A DNA stretch of 57,568 nt, counting the filler, from Squatina squatina (taxonomy: Eukaryota), in the NCBI GenBank assembly GCA_031763465.1. It is 3 parts of 3 records of this genome, joined end to end, with 100 filler letters (N's around TTAATTAATTAA, not from the genome) between each part and the next. Parts side by side here need not be neighbours in the genome. Positions count along the whole stretch, not along the records: positions 1 to 28,112 come from JARFOE010000192.1; 2 more parts are not named here. One strand, written 5' to 3'. Below are positions 1 through 10,752 of the stretch, one piece after another; the first letter of the stretch is position 1; each line of letters starts with the position of its first letter. The notes beneath the pieces were generated by a model. The model made no database searches. It was given only the letters and a program-made list of their open reading frames with translations, and was not told the DNA's origin. A program made the position numbers and the translations under genes.

Positions 1-164
1 AGTTATCATAGATTTTTTGCAAAGTGCCCCATCAAGTGAATGACAGTTCAAGGATGTTGAACAGTAGTCAATCAGTACAGTTTAACACGGGTGTCCAGAC
101 TTGCAACTCCTGAGTCCTCGACGCCTAGGTGTTTGCCCCTGCTCCAACTGATCACCTATTTTTT

Positions 165-335
165 GAAATATTAATTCTCGGGATGTGGGCCGGCACTTAT
201 TGTCCATCCCTAGTTGCCCTTGGGAAGATGGCGATAGGCCGCCTTAAACCGCTGCAGTCTGTGTGGTGAAGGTATTCCCACAGTGCTGTTAGAAAATTCT
301 CGGATTTCAACCTAGCAATGATGAAGGAACGGCAA
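165..335 (-). mobile_element. non-LTR retrotransposon 3' end fragment
   Basis: ggatgtgggc...ttattgtccatccctagttgccctt recurs at about 21545-21610. Related internal fragments occur at about 25305-25375 and 42985-43155. Confidence 0.55.
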
Positions 336-953
336 TACACTTATTGGCAGATATAATCCATTTGTTCTGAACTGTGTCACGTTCTTACATTAGGGTGCCT
401 GTTGTAATATGCAGGAAATCTGTGTGTACCTGACTGCAAATGGAAAGGAATCGTATCAGAATCTAGACTGCCATTTGTCGCCATCATTAAGAGTTTGGAG
501 AATCATGATTTATTCACAACAAATTGCATTGTTTTATGAAAGACGACGTGGTTTTATTCATATTTTTAATGTGCCTTACACTTGTGTGGTTATATGACAA
601 CTGAAATCCATAAGGAGATTGTGCAGTAAGACGGTAAAGTTCAGAGTCTATTGTAATCAGTGCCTAACATTGCCAGAACCGGAAATGTACTTTAATTAAA
701 CTGTTCTGAATGTTACGTGGAGCATTCTGTCCCATTATTCTGTAGTCCAGTGTAAAAATTTATGAGTACAGCTACTGAAAAATATTAAATGTTTTTGATA
801 CGGTTTTAGAAAATGGAAGGCGATTTTTCTTTTTTTCATAGTCTACTCATCTATTCGGATGGGAAGTAATACGTGATAAACTGTTTTTTGTTTGAAAAAT
901 AAATTGTTTAAAATAATTAATTAAACTACATTTTGTTTAATTCGAAGTATGTG

Positions 954-1536
954 GGGGGTGAAATTGGCTGCTGGGCAAAGGCGTTATCGGGTCACTAAAC
1001 ATTCTTAAGCCATTTAGTGTCTCGAGCGAAATTCGCTAGGCAAAAACTTTAGGCGCTAATGTTTAGTGCCTCCGCGGCCAGGCGAGATCGTGTTTGCACC
1101 TCCGATGACGTCATCAATACGCACAATGCCTCGTTGGCGCCCCATTGCTAAATTCCCCAAATTAGAGCCTAAAATATGTAGAGAAAAACAGCGCCTAGAA
1201 AAGTTGTCGCTACGCATTTTTCACAGCCTGCGCCGCCATCTTGGTTCATCAATTAATTGTACGCTTGAGTGCCAGGACTACCAGTGGAAGCAAGGGTTCA
1301 TGCCATGTGCTCCTGGCAGTTCAAGGATATTGGAAGGTCAATCACAGTCATTATAAGTAGTCACACTACTTAAGTCCTTCAAGTGCCATACACTTTTGAA
1401 CCCAATTGGCCCATCAGTATGGGTACCATTCTAGCGGAAGACCATCTTCCTCTGCTGCACCTGAGGAAGTACCTCATCAGGAGGAGAAGGTGGAGACAGG
1501 AGCAAAGGGACAGGCTGCATCAGCCAGATGGACAGG
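954..1536 (+). mobile_element. PIF/Harbinger-like DNA transposon left end with start of ORF
   Basis: GGGGGTGAAATTGG terminus, CpG-rich subterminal region, then MGTILAEDHLPLLHLRKYLIRRRRWRQEQR. The organisation parallels 5161-5753. The catalytic DDE region is not visible. Confidence 0.45.
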
Positions 1537-2796
1537 NNNNNNNNNNNNNNNNNNNNNNNNNNNNNNNNNNNNNNNNNNNNNNNNNNNNNNNNNNNNNNNN
1601 NNNNNNNNNNNNNNNNNNNNNNNNNNNNNNNNNNNNTGATGACACATCAAAAGTACTTAATTGACCTTAAAGCACTTTGGGACGTCCTGAGGTTGTGAAA
1701 GGCGCTACATAAATGCAAGTCTTTCTTTTTTTTAAATTGAGTCAATACCTATCTAAAAATAACAGAGAAATGTAGTACAATATACAATATACAATATGCA
1801 GAAAAATAGACCCTTATAACTCCTCCATAGCATGGTAAAGGTTAAAGACAACAGAAATATAAACAGTGAGAGAAAAACAAAGTAAGTTGTAACAATTACA
1901 TAGGGTCATTTTGCAAGGCATTGCCGCTGGTGTGGAGCCTTGGGGGACTAAAGCTTGAGTCAGAGAATCATCCCTATTATTCTATACATTATATAGTTCT
2001 ATCTCTAGCCTGTCCTCCTATTTACTGAGGTTCTATGTCGGGACCACAACCTTGCAACAAGTAACCCAAGGTTACTTTTCCTTAACACTATACATTTTCC
2101 TGCATTCCTTGATCAAGTATCAAGAATAGTCTCCATGCTTTTCTTGGTGTATCCATATATAAAATATGCAGGAAAATTCCACACAGTGAGTTCCTACCCT
2201 ACAGGAATAAGCATTTGTGGCTTTCTCAGCCAATGGGATCCAGAAACAATTCAAACACAATTTGTATACTGGTCAATAAAGTTAAAGAGCATTTGAAAAA
2301 ATATACAGCAGACAGGTGAATGACAAGCCACAGCAAAATAATATTGGGATTTTCCTTCTTTCAAGGTGGTTTCTTTGAGCTACTATAGCTGATTAGTTTG
2401 GCATCACAATAACATCAATGGAAATTCCCTTTGATGCTCTCTTAAGGCACTGGGTTGATGTTGCAAAACTCATATAGAGGTATAAGCATCTTTTCCCTTG
2501 GGGGAGTGTAAGATATGTTTTCTATCTGCTTATACTGAAGTATTAATATTGCATTATAATCTACCTGGCAGCCATTCAGAAAAAAAACCTCTTTACAGCA
2601 TTGAGGGGAAAGAGTCTAAGAGTGGAGCATAATAGTCACACAAAGTCACCAAAACTGAAATGTGAAAGGTGGAATCAACAAATTTCCAAATTTTCACTCC
2701 AGCACAAAGTTTCACCACCAGAGTTCACAACACTCACACCCAAATTCCCATGATGAAATCCTGGGAGTGAATGTTGCTCCAAATTCATAGTTACCC

Positions 2797-3353
2797 TAGA
2801 GTTCCCAACTCTGGTTGAATGGATTACTAGAAGTTTGATCACTCAGTCACATGACATTCGATCACTGCAATTTAGAAACTTTATTGCACTTACCTCAAAG
2901 GCTGAGTTCCCTGGAGCTGAGTGCCTTTGCTCACATTTTCTTTCTGCTTAAGTTGTGAATTTTGGCAGTGGGACAATCAGCCATGAGGCAATATCAACAC
3001 GGAATGAATGGCCAATTGGCTTAAACCAAAGATGGGCAATGCCTGGAGTGCCTGGGAGACAGTCAGGATGGTGCAGGGCGGGAATTAAGAGTTTGGGCCC
3101 CAGAGATACATGGGCAAACTGCACACATAAAGTGCTTTTCTCCTGGGTCGTCAGCAGCGCGTGTGAGATCAATTGTCCATCCCGGCGGCGGGATGACCAG
3201 CACGGGCCAGGGATTGGCTGAAAGTGAAAACAGCCAGGATGGTGTGCATGCGTGAACTGCACATTCAAGGAACTTTTCTCCCAAGACCTCAGCAGGACAC
3301 CAAATGCTGATTCCGGGATACTCCTGGGCAATCCGACAGGGTTGGCAACCCTA
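2797..3353. mobile_element. non-autonomous hAT (Blackjack-like) element with TIRs and TSD
   Basis: Left TAGAGTTCCCAACTC and right GGGTTGGCAACCCTA imperfect TIRs, flanked by tagttaccc (2788-2796) and aagttaccc (3354-3362). The right end resembles MER81/MER94-type termini. Confidence 0.6.
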
Positions 3354-3404
3354 AAGTTACCCTATAACAAATTTTAGCAGGAGGCTGCATAGATCAGCAA
3401 CAGC

Positions 3405-3985
3405 TTGCCTGGTGAAGGACAGTCACCTGATGCAGTTCTCCACAGTCATATCCAGGAAAATAGCTTAGCCTATAGACGCTGTGGGGTGGGTAAAGTCTTC
3501 TGCGAGCAGCTCCTCTCTGCTGCAGTAGTCCAACAGGCCGACCTGCTGCTTGTTCTGGTTGTGAGACTGCTGCTGTTGCACCTCTTCCTCCATCCAAAAA
3601 GAATGCAGCAATATTAGCCTCCATGGTAAACTGCGAGAGCTTAAATCAGGGTGAAGGAAGCAAAAAAGCACAGAAACAAGCTCAAAAATCCACTGACAAT
3701 CCACTAAGCAATATCGTGCCATCAGCTGAGTGTCCCTTTAAATTGTGCTTCCAGTGCCTGAAGCCAATCCCTGAAGATTTTACTCAGCATGTTGGTGGCC
3801 CGGCGAGGATTCTGTCCTAATTACAACATAGGAGCCCAATTTTCATGAATTCATGAGGCACCTCAGCCACCTAACTGAAGTGAGCAGTTAAAATGGTGGG
3901 CAGCAATGGGGTGGCAAGTAAACCAATAGATTGTAACGATTCCTCTGCCCCATTCCTGCCAGGTGGGCTGCGTTAAAATTTACTC
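3405..3985 (-). mobile_element. Harbinger-like transposon relic
   Basis: The minus frame ...GAARRRLYPPHSVYRLSYF resembles the RR.YP.HRVYR.R.S. N-terminus of HARBI1-like transposases and is degenerate. Confidence 0.4.
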
Positions 3986-5052
3986 TTATGTCTATACTGT
4001 ATATCATCTGAGGCTAGGGTTTGACAACTATGCATATATGGATGTATTCCTGTAGGTTTCATCACATGACCTCCCATTTCCAATAGCCCAACCCAGTAAA
4101 GCAGCCTTCTTTAAAATCACCAACATTTTTACAATTAATAAACAAATATTTTCAAAGAAAATGACAAAAACACACAATTTTTTTTTACGACCCTATGGAG
4201 GGAATTTTAACTTTAAAAAGCGATTGAGGTGGGGTCGTGTGGGAAGTTAAAATGATAAAAATCTGAATCCNNNNNNNNNNNNNNNNNNNNNNNNNNNNNN
4301 NNNNNNNNNNNNNNNNNNNNNNNNNNNNNNNNNNNNNNNNNNNNNNNNNNNNNNNNNNNNNNNNNNNNNNCCTGCAGAAGTGTTTCTGTTGCCGCTGTCA
4401 TTTTTGCGCCAGGTTCACGGAGATAATAGAGCGGATTAGGTGGTGGTTAGCATTTATGATGCTACACACACTCTGGGGGTGATGCAAACTGGACATGAGA
4501 CTTGTAGTTATATAGAAGAAAGATAATTTCTGATCAGGATTACGTAACAGGATTTAAAATTGTCAATGTGCAATAAGAAACATTGCACTGCCTCAAAGAT
4601 TTCGAGGATTCAATCCTAGGGACCCTGGGAGGAGGGTTGGTGGGGCGCAGGAAGAAAGGAAGGAAAAAGAAAATACAAGGAAAGGCTAATAAAAACTTGC
4701 ACAACTACAGTGATATCCTCATTTTTCATTTTATTCCATTGTTTCAATTACAGCAGTCAGTTTAAGAACCAGAAAACATACTAAGGGTATTAACACTCAA
4801 CTGCAATGTTAAGTGAAAGCAGCACTTCTCTCTTGTCTGTAATACTGTATGTGAACATGACCATACAATCTAATGTACTCACACTGTGAAAGCATTTCTG
4901 CAGTCAAATAAACAGTCCAAATTGCATTCTACTCTTTTTGAAATGCTAATTAAGATGATATTGTCATCAGACCAAGTCAAATTAACAGAAGTGCCCTCTT
5001 TTTAAAGAGGCACAAACAATAAAGTCCAAATGAAACAAAAGGAAGAACTTAC

Positions 5053-5106
5053 CAAATCAACATTATTCCTGCTGTCGACTATGCATTCCAACTTGCATTC
5101 TAACAA
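5053..5106 (-). CDS. candidate 54-nt exon of an unidentified gene
   Basis: tttctgttacttttcag|TTG TTA ... GAT TTG|gtaagt. Only phase 0 is open (LLECKLECIVDSRNNVDL) and the length preserves frame. No protein recognised. Confidence 0.4.
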
Positions 5107-5160
5107 CTGAAAAGTAACAGAAATTCACACTAAGGTTCAACATGAACCAGAAATATCAAG

Positions 5161-5753
5161 GAGGCCCAATTGGTCTCCTCAACTCTCGTGGAAAACGATG
5201 CTAACATGGTGCTAAGGCCTTTGCGCTCGTTGGCAGCGCTATCGCCGTCATTTGCGAAATTGGTCTTGGATTTTCATGACCTCCAAAGAAGTTTGCGCTG
5301 CATTTTGCCGGCGGTGCGAGGAGTGGTGACTGATGGTGACGGGGGCGCTGGCACCGCCGGGAAATCATGATGTCATGGTGCCCTTTTGTATTGCTGACTC
5401 TTTTGTGGTTGGGGGCCTGTCGTGGAATACTGCAATTGGAAGGCTCATTTGTGGTGTGGATTTTAGGCATTGCGATATTGAGCAGGTCAAGGGGGATTTG
5501 CAACCATGGGTGGTGTTCTGGCCTTTGACTGGCTGCTGCATCAGCACCACCTCCGATATCTGAGACGAAGGCAGAGACATCGGCAGCAACGGAGGGACAT
5601 GAGGTGACTGCAGAATGCTGTAAGGGCTGAACATCAAGAGGATGAGGCACAGGGAGCTGGCCAGGCTGATAATGCTCAACCATATGGCCCTGCACAGCAA
5701 GATGCTCAGCAGCATCCTGCCAATGGAGGGAGAAGGTGCAGGATGGCCAACAG
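5161..5753 (+). mobile_element. PIF/Harbinger-like DNA transposon left end with disrupted ORF start
   Basis: CpG-rich subterminal region followed by MGGVLAFDWLLHQHHLRYLRRRQRHRQQRRDMR*LQNAVR... (in-frame stop, likely CGA>TGA), running into a gap. Confidence 0.45.
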
Positions 5754-6157
5754 NNNNNNNNNNNNNNNNNNNNNNNNNNNNNNNNNNNNNNNNNNNNNNN
5801 NNNNNNNNNNNNNNNNNNNNNNNNNNNNNNNNNNNNNNNNNNNNNNNNNNNNNNNNNNNNNNNNNNNNNNNNNNNNNNNNNNNNNNNNNNNNNNNNNNNN
5901 NNNNNNNNNNNNNNNNNNNNNNNNNNNNNNNNNNNNNNNNNNNNNNNNNNNNNNNNNNNNNNNNNNNNNNNNNNNNNNNNNNNNNNNNNNNNNNNNNNNN
6001 NNNNNNNNNNNNNNNNNNNNNNNNNNNNNNNNNNNNNNNNNNNNNNNNNNNNNNNNNNNNNNNNNNNNNNNNNNNNNNNNNNNNNNNNNNNNNNNNNNNN
6101 NNNNNNNNNNNNNNNNNNNNNNNNNNNNNNNNNNNNNNNNNNNNNNNNNNNNNNNNA

Positions 6158-6402
6158 TCCCACTGCCCTGCTAGGTATATTTCTCTGCTTCAAATGTTTA
6201 TCCAATTTCCCCGTAAAAGATGCAATGGTTTCTGCTTCAACAACTGTGGCAAAACATTTCAAACTCCAACAACAGTCTGCAGAAATAAATTCCTCTTAAC
6301 CTCCCTCCTCACTCTATTTGTGACCATTTCAAATAAATAACCATTGTTACTGACTCCCCAGTGAGACAAGTTAGCCTTTCCCCATTTATTCTATCAAGGC
6401 CT
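6158..6402 (-). mobile_element. CR1 LINE 3' fragment
   Basis: Minus-strand GLDRIN.E.L...GES...; VEAETIASFTGKLDKHL is the typical CR1 ORF2 C-terminus. Confidence 0.75.
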
Positions 6403-6935
6403 TCATTTGTAATGCCACTGTAGAGCTGGAGAAAATTTTGGGTCACTGGGCACTTAATATCAGACAGCACTGTGACAGCTGTGGAATTAAGGATGGTAGG
6501 GGAAAAGCAAAGTTGGGTGTCCTCCTTATACATGTGGGAGCTGATCCAGTGCTTGCAAATATGTCACCAAGTAGCACCATCTACGTGAAAGGTAGAAGGG
6601 GGCAAAGGACAGCTTTTGACACGCCAGATATGACGCAGAAATGGGAGGAATCAGAGCTCTGTTGGGATTGTAGGAGTGGAGCCTTGATATGGCAGTGCAA
6701 GAGAGATGAACAGTGGAGAGCTGATGGAGCAGGATCCATAGGAGGGGACGTGCTAGCCGTGTCGGAAAGGTAGCGAATGGGACCATGATACAATGGGGGC
6801 ACAGAAAAGAGCTGGTATAGAAGGATGGAGTGATCGATCATGTCAAGGGCCACAGAGCAGTTGAGGTGAATGAAGAGAGAAAGCACACTGTGGTTGCAAT
6901 CGCATTGGACATCAACGACAAGTGCCTGATCATTT
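6403..6935 (-). mobile_element. L2-type LINE reverse transcriptase relic
   Basis: Minus-strand remnants LNCSVALDMIDHSILL (cf. LDLSAAFDTVDH.ILL), GVSKAVLCPLLF (GVPQGSVLGPLLF) and YKEDTQL (YADDTQL), frameshifted. Confidence 0.7.
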
Positions 6936-7721
6936 TTATGGTTAGTGAAATATGGTCCATCCAAATCAAGTATTGTAGATGTGAGACAAGTTAACATGCC
7001 TAGAGAAGTTATTAGCATTTGATCACATATGTACATCTTTAAAGCCCTCTTGTTACCGTAAGTCTTTACAATTACGTTTCGGCTACATCATCCGAGATGC
7101 CATGTAATGCCAATACTCATCTGGTGGCAGAATAAAATTAAAATGTCATTTAAGTTAACACTATATTTTACTGTAGTACATTCAGGAAATAAAGCAAATA
7201 TTTTTCCTGCCATGATCTTTCAGAGAGGTAATTTGTGTATGTATTGAAAGACTANNNNNNNNNNNNNNNNNNNNNNNNNNNNNNNNNNNNNNNNNNNNNN
7301 NNNNNNNNNNNNNNNNNNNNNNNNNNNNNNNNNNNNNNNNNNNNNNNNNNNNNNAAGATTGGAAATTAAATAGCTGTGAAAAAGTAGTTTTTATATCACT
7401 TTTGCAGCTGTCAGCTATTCAAACCAATCCAGAGTTGTTGAGAACCTGACACACTTACCTGACGTGATCCCCGAGGGATGAGAACCTCGTAAAAATCGTT
7501 AGGACCTGGTAAAATGCTGATCAACTAGCTTTAAGCAGCTTCTTAACTGCCTCTATTGCCTGACACACTGCTTAGTGCCAGGTCTACAAACCGCAGGCAG
7601 AAAAATTCACAAGGAGGCGGGTTCAGAGCGGACTTCTGTCCAGCTGTCAATCATGACCATTTTGATAGCGGACCCGCCTTCAAACTCGCACTTGCAGCAC
7701 CAGTAAGACTCTGGCCATTGT

Positions 7722-8195
7722 GTGCAGTGCAGAGTCACCAGAATGATATTGGTGTTAAAAGGGTTAAATAATGAGGAAAGCTTGCATAGACTAGGCTTGT
7801 ATTCCCTTGAGTATAAAAGATTAAGGACTGACTTAATTGAGATGTTAAACATGATTAAAGGAGTTGATGGGATAAATAGAGAGAAAATATTTCCTCTGGT
7901 GGGGGTAGTCCAGAACAAAGAGGCTTAACCTTAAAATTACAGCTAGGCCGTTTAGGAGTGATGTCAAGCAGCACTTCTTCACACAAAGGATAATGGAATT
8001 CTGGAACTCTCTCCCAAAAGCTGTTGAGGCTAGATCAATTGAAAATTTCAAAACTGAGATTGATAGATTTTTGTCAGGTATTATTGGATATGGAACCAAG
8101 CTGGGTAGATGAAGTTAAGATACAGATCAGCCATGGTCTAACTGAATGGTGGAACAGGCTCGAGGGGCTGAATAGCTTACTCCTGTTCTTATATT
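7722..8195 (+). mobile_element. CR1 LINE 3' end
   Basis: EESLHRLGLYSLEYKRLRTDLIEMLNMIKGVDGINREKIFPL, followed by the cagatcagccatg...gaatggtggaacaggctcgaggggctgaatagcttactcctgttc 3' tail. Confidence 0.85.
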
Positions 8196-8941
8196 CTCCC
8201 AGGTCCATATAAGTCAGAAAAAATGTTGCATATATTGAATGAAGTCGGAAACTCAGTAACCTGTCACTACAACATAGAAATATGTCCAGTAATATGAATG
8301 AGGGTGAGAGAAGAGAGAGTACTTTACATCCTAGTCCGTATCACAGTTGCCATGTTAAAAAGTTATTAAAATGAAAAATGCTGTAGTGGAAGTTGTGTCT
8401 GAATAGCCTATCAGACAAAATGACTGCTACCCACTTCCTTTTTGACTGCAGTAAAATTATTATATTGTTAACTGCGCTGGACTGAAAACTTGAAGGTGTA
8501 GAACAGAACGCAATGAATCTAGGGCACACAATTTCAAATGCAAGACCCAAATATTAAAACTAGGTCACCTCTAAGCCCTCAGGTGTGAGGTTGCTTGCAG
8601 CTATACATAGCAACCAGATTCTTTTTTAGATATTATCCTGCAGATTTATGCCAATTTAAAATAGAATAAAGCATCCAACTCCAGGTAAAATACCAAACGC
8701 CATATTAAATAAACACTGTACAAGAGTCTGGCATTCAGCACCCCAGTAAGGATCGTATTTCAGTTACAATCCACAAACAAATTAAGGAACGACTTTGTAT
8801 ATACTGTTAGTGAATGTCAATAGGTTCTTCAACTGTGGGGANNNNNNNNNNNNNNNNNNNNNNNNNNNNNNNNNNNNNNNNNNNNNNNNNNNNNNNNNNN
8901 NNNNNNNNNNNNNNNNNNNNNNNNNNNNNNNNNNNNNNNNN

Positions 8942-9588
8942 GGATGGGATATCCCTGAAAGCTTTTTCTGGGAGCAATGCATTGCTTACAGGAGTTGTGT
9001 CTTCTAAAATCAGTTCCTTTTGAGTTGCGCTATTTCTTTGACCATACAAGTCGCTACCACTTACCATCAATCGGCCAGTGGACCCCACCACAATGATTTC
9101 CTGTTTAAAATCCCCAGGGACATTGAAATTCAAAGTCACAGTACAGCACACACCACCTTCTAAAACCATCTGAAAGGTGCAGAAGTCATCACTGGTGATC
9201 TGACGGATCCCTCTGATATGCTCTGTCTGCTTCACAAAGGTTTTCAGGAAGCCATGAACTTTGACAGCTTTTTGGCTGGTCAGAAAAGTCAAAAGGTCAA
9301 TAATGTAGCTTCCCACTGAATGTAGCCCTCCACCACCCATCAGGTCATCACAGCTCCAGTTGTACTTCTTACCCAGAAGACTTCCACTATGGACCTGAAC
9401 CTCACAGATCAACAAGTCCCCCACGTAGCCCTCTTGAATCATTTGCTTCATCTTAACAAAAGCAGGGAGGAAACGGAGAACATTACCCATTATACTCATG
9501 AGTTTGGGGTAATAATGTGCTGCGGACATCATCCTGAATGCATCCAGAGGAGTCGCAGCTCTGTCACAGATGACGTTCTTCCCAATTC
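8942..9588 (-). CDS. GFOD1: GFOD1 large coding exon (Gfo/Idh/MocA oxidoreductase domain), 3'-truncated by a gap
   Basis: Acceptor tttttaattag|GA ATT GGG, then an open frame (G)[43 protein letters not shown]...[19 protein letters not shown]...[12 protein letters not shown] up to the N-gap at 8941. It closely matches recalled human GFOD1 exon 2 ([24 protein letters not shown]) rather than GFOD2. SIRT5/RANBP9 neighbours support GFOD1. Confidence 0.93.
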
Positions 9589-10310
9589 CTAATTAAAAAT
9601 GAAAAGAAAATACATTAGCATACAGTCACAAATACTTATGCCTACTCAGAAGCACAGTGTTTAATCGCAACTAGATAAGATTTCTCAGAGTTAATCCGCA
9701 GTCTGTATTGAGTTGGTTAATCTCTGCTCGGGCAGCAATATGGGCACTCCAACTGACTTCAATGTCCCTGGAACATGGGGAGGACATTTGTCCAAGATTT
9801 CTACTCCTATCTCCAGCTGGAAGTATGTGCCAGTGAACATCGGGTGAAGGAAGTAATAAGCTTAGATACCCCACTGTCAAATAGCCTGCTGGCTCAAGGC
9901 TCACATATCAATAATGGCTACTTGGGTATAGTACCAGAGTACATTGATGGAACTGGAGAGAAAATTAGCAAGTAGCTTTAAAAGCCCCCAGAAAAGTCAG
10001 GCTGTCATTTCTCTATTTCCGTATCATTCTAATGTAAAGAAACAGCACAATGCAAATCATAGAGGAAAATGCTACTGATACTCCAGAAAAATAAATATTA
10101 AAAATATAAATGCAGAGTGTTCAAATACCTAACATTATAACTGGGAACAAGAATGCTCCAATATATCTATTATATATTAAAAATGCTGAGTGGGGTGCAA
10201 CATTACATTTCAAAATGCATTGAAAACTCCTATGTCAGGCTTCGTCTATGGGAAAAACCATTGTAAAAATGTCAATATTTGGATACAGTTCTGTTGATAA
10301 ACAGTCATAA

Positions 10311-10752
10311 AAAGAAACATTTGGATTTATATAGAACCTTTCACGATAACCAGAAGTCCCAAAGAACTTTACAGACAATGAAGTACTTTATTTTTGAAGT
10401 GTAGTCACTGTTCTAATGTGGGAAATGTGGCAGCCAATTTGCACACATGAAGCTCCCACAAACAGCAATGTGATAATGACCAGATAATCTGTTTTAGTGA
10501 TGTTGATTGAGGGATAATAAATATTGGCCAGGACATCTTTGAAATAGTGCCATAGTCCACCTGAGAGGACTGACAGGGCCTTGGTTTAATGTCTCATCTG
10601 AAAAACAGCATCTCTGATAGTGTAGCACTCCCTCAGCACTGCACTGGGAGTGCTGGCCTAAATTTATATCCTTAAGTCTCTGGACTGGGACTTGAACCCA
10701 CAACCTTCTGACTCAGAGGTAATGGTGCTACCCACTGATCTACGGCTGGCAC
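10311..10752 (-). mobile_element. DeuSINE/SacSINE1-like tRNA-derived SINE
   Basis: Reverse complement of the copy at 32943-33372: B-box-like gggttcaagtccc, Deu-like core gatgagacattaaaccaaggccctgtc...tggcactattt...gtcctggccaatattt, and an L2-like tail. Confidence 0.75.

Noticed and set aside
2894-2944. Minus-strand exon-like segment with GAG|gtaagt donor
   Set aside because: It lies inside the hAT-like MITE, has a weak acceptor and gives no recognisable peptide.
7459-7505. Minus-strand exon-like segment with CAG|gtaagt donor
   Set aside because: It is embedded in repeat-like DNA-transposon sequence and no protein was recognised.
8942-9588. GFOD2 assignment suggested by proximity to NFATC3/ESRP2
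   Set aside because: Residues match recalled GFOD1, and the adjacent SIRT5/RANBP9 exons fit the GFOD1 locus.
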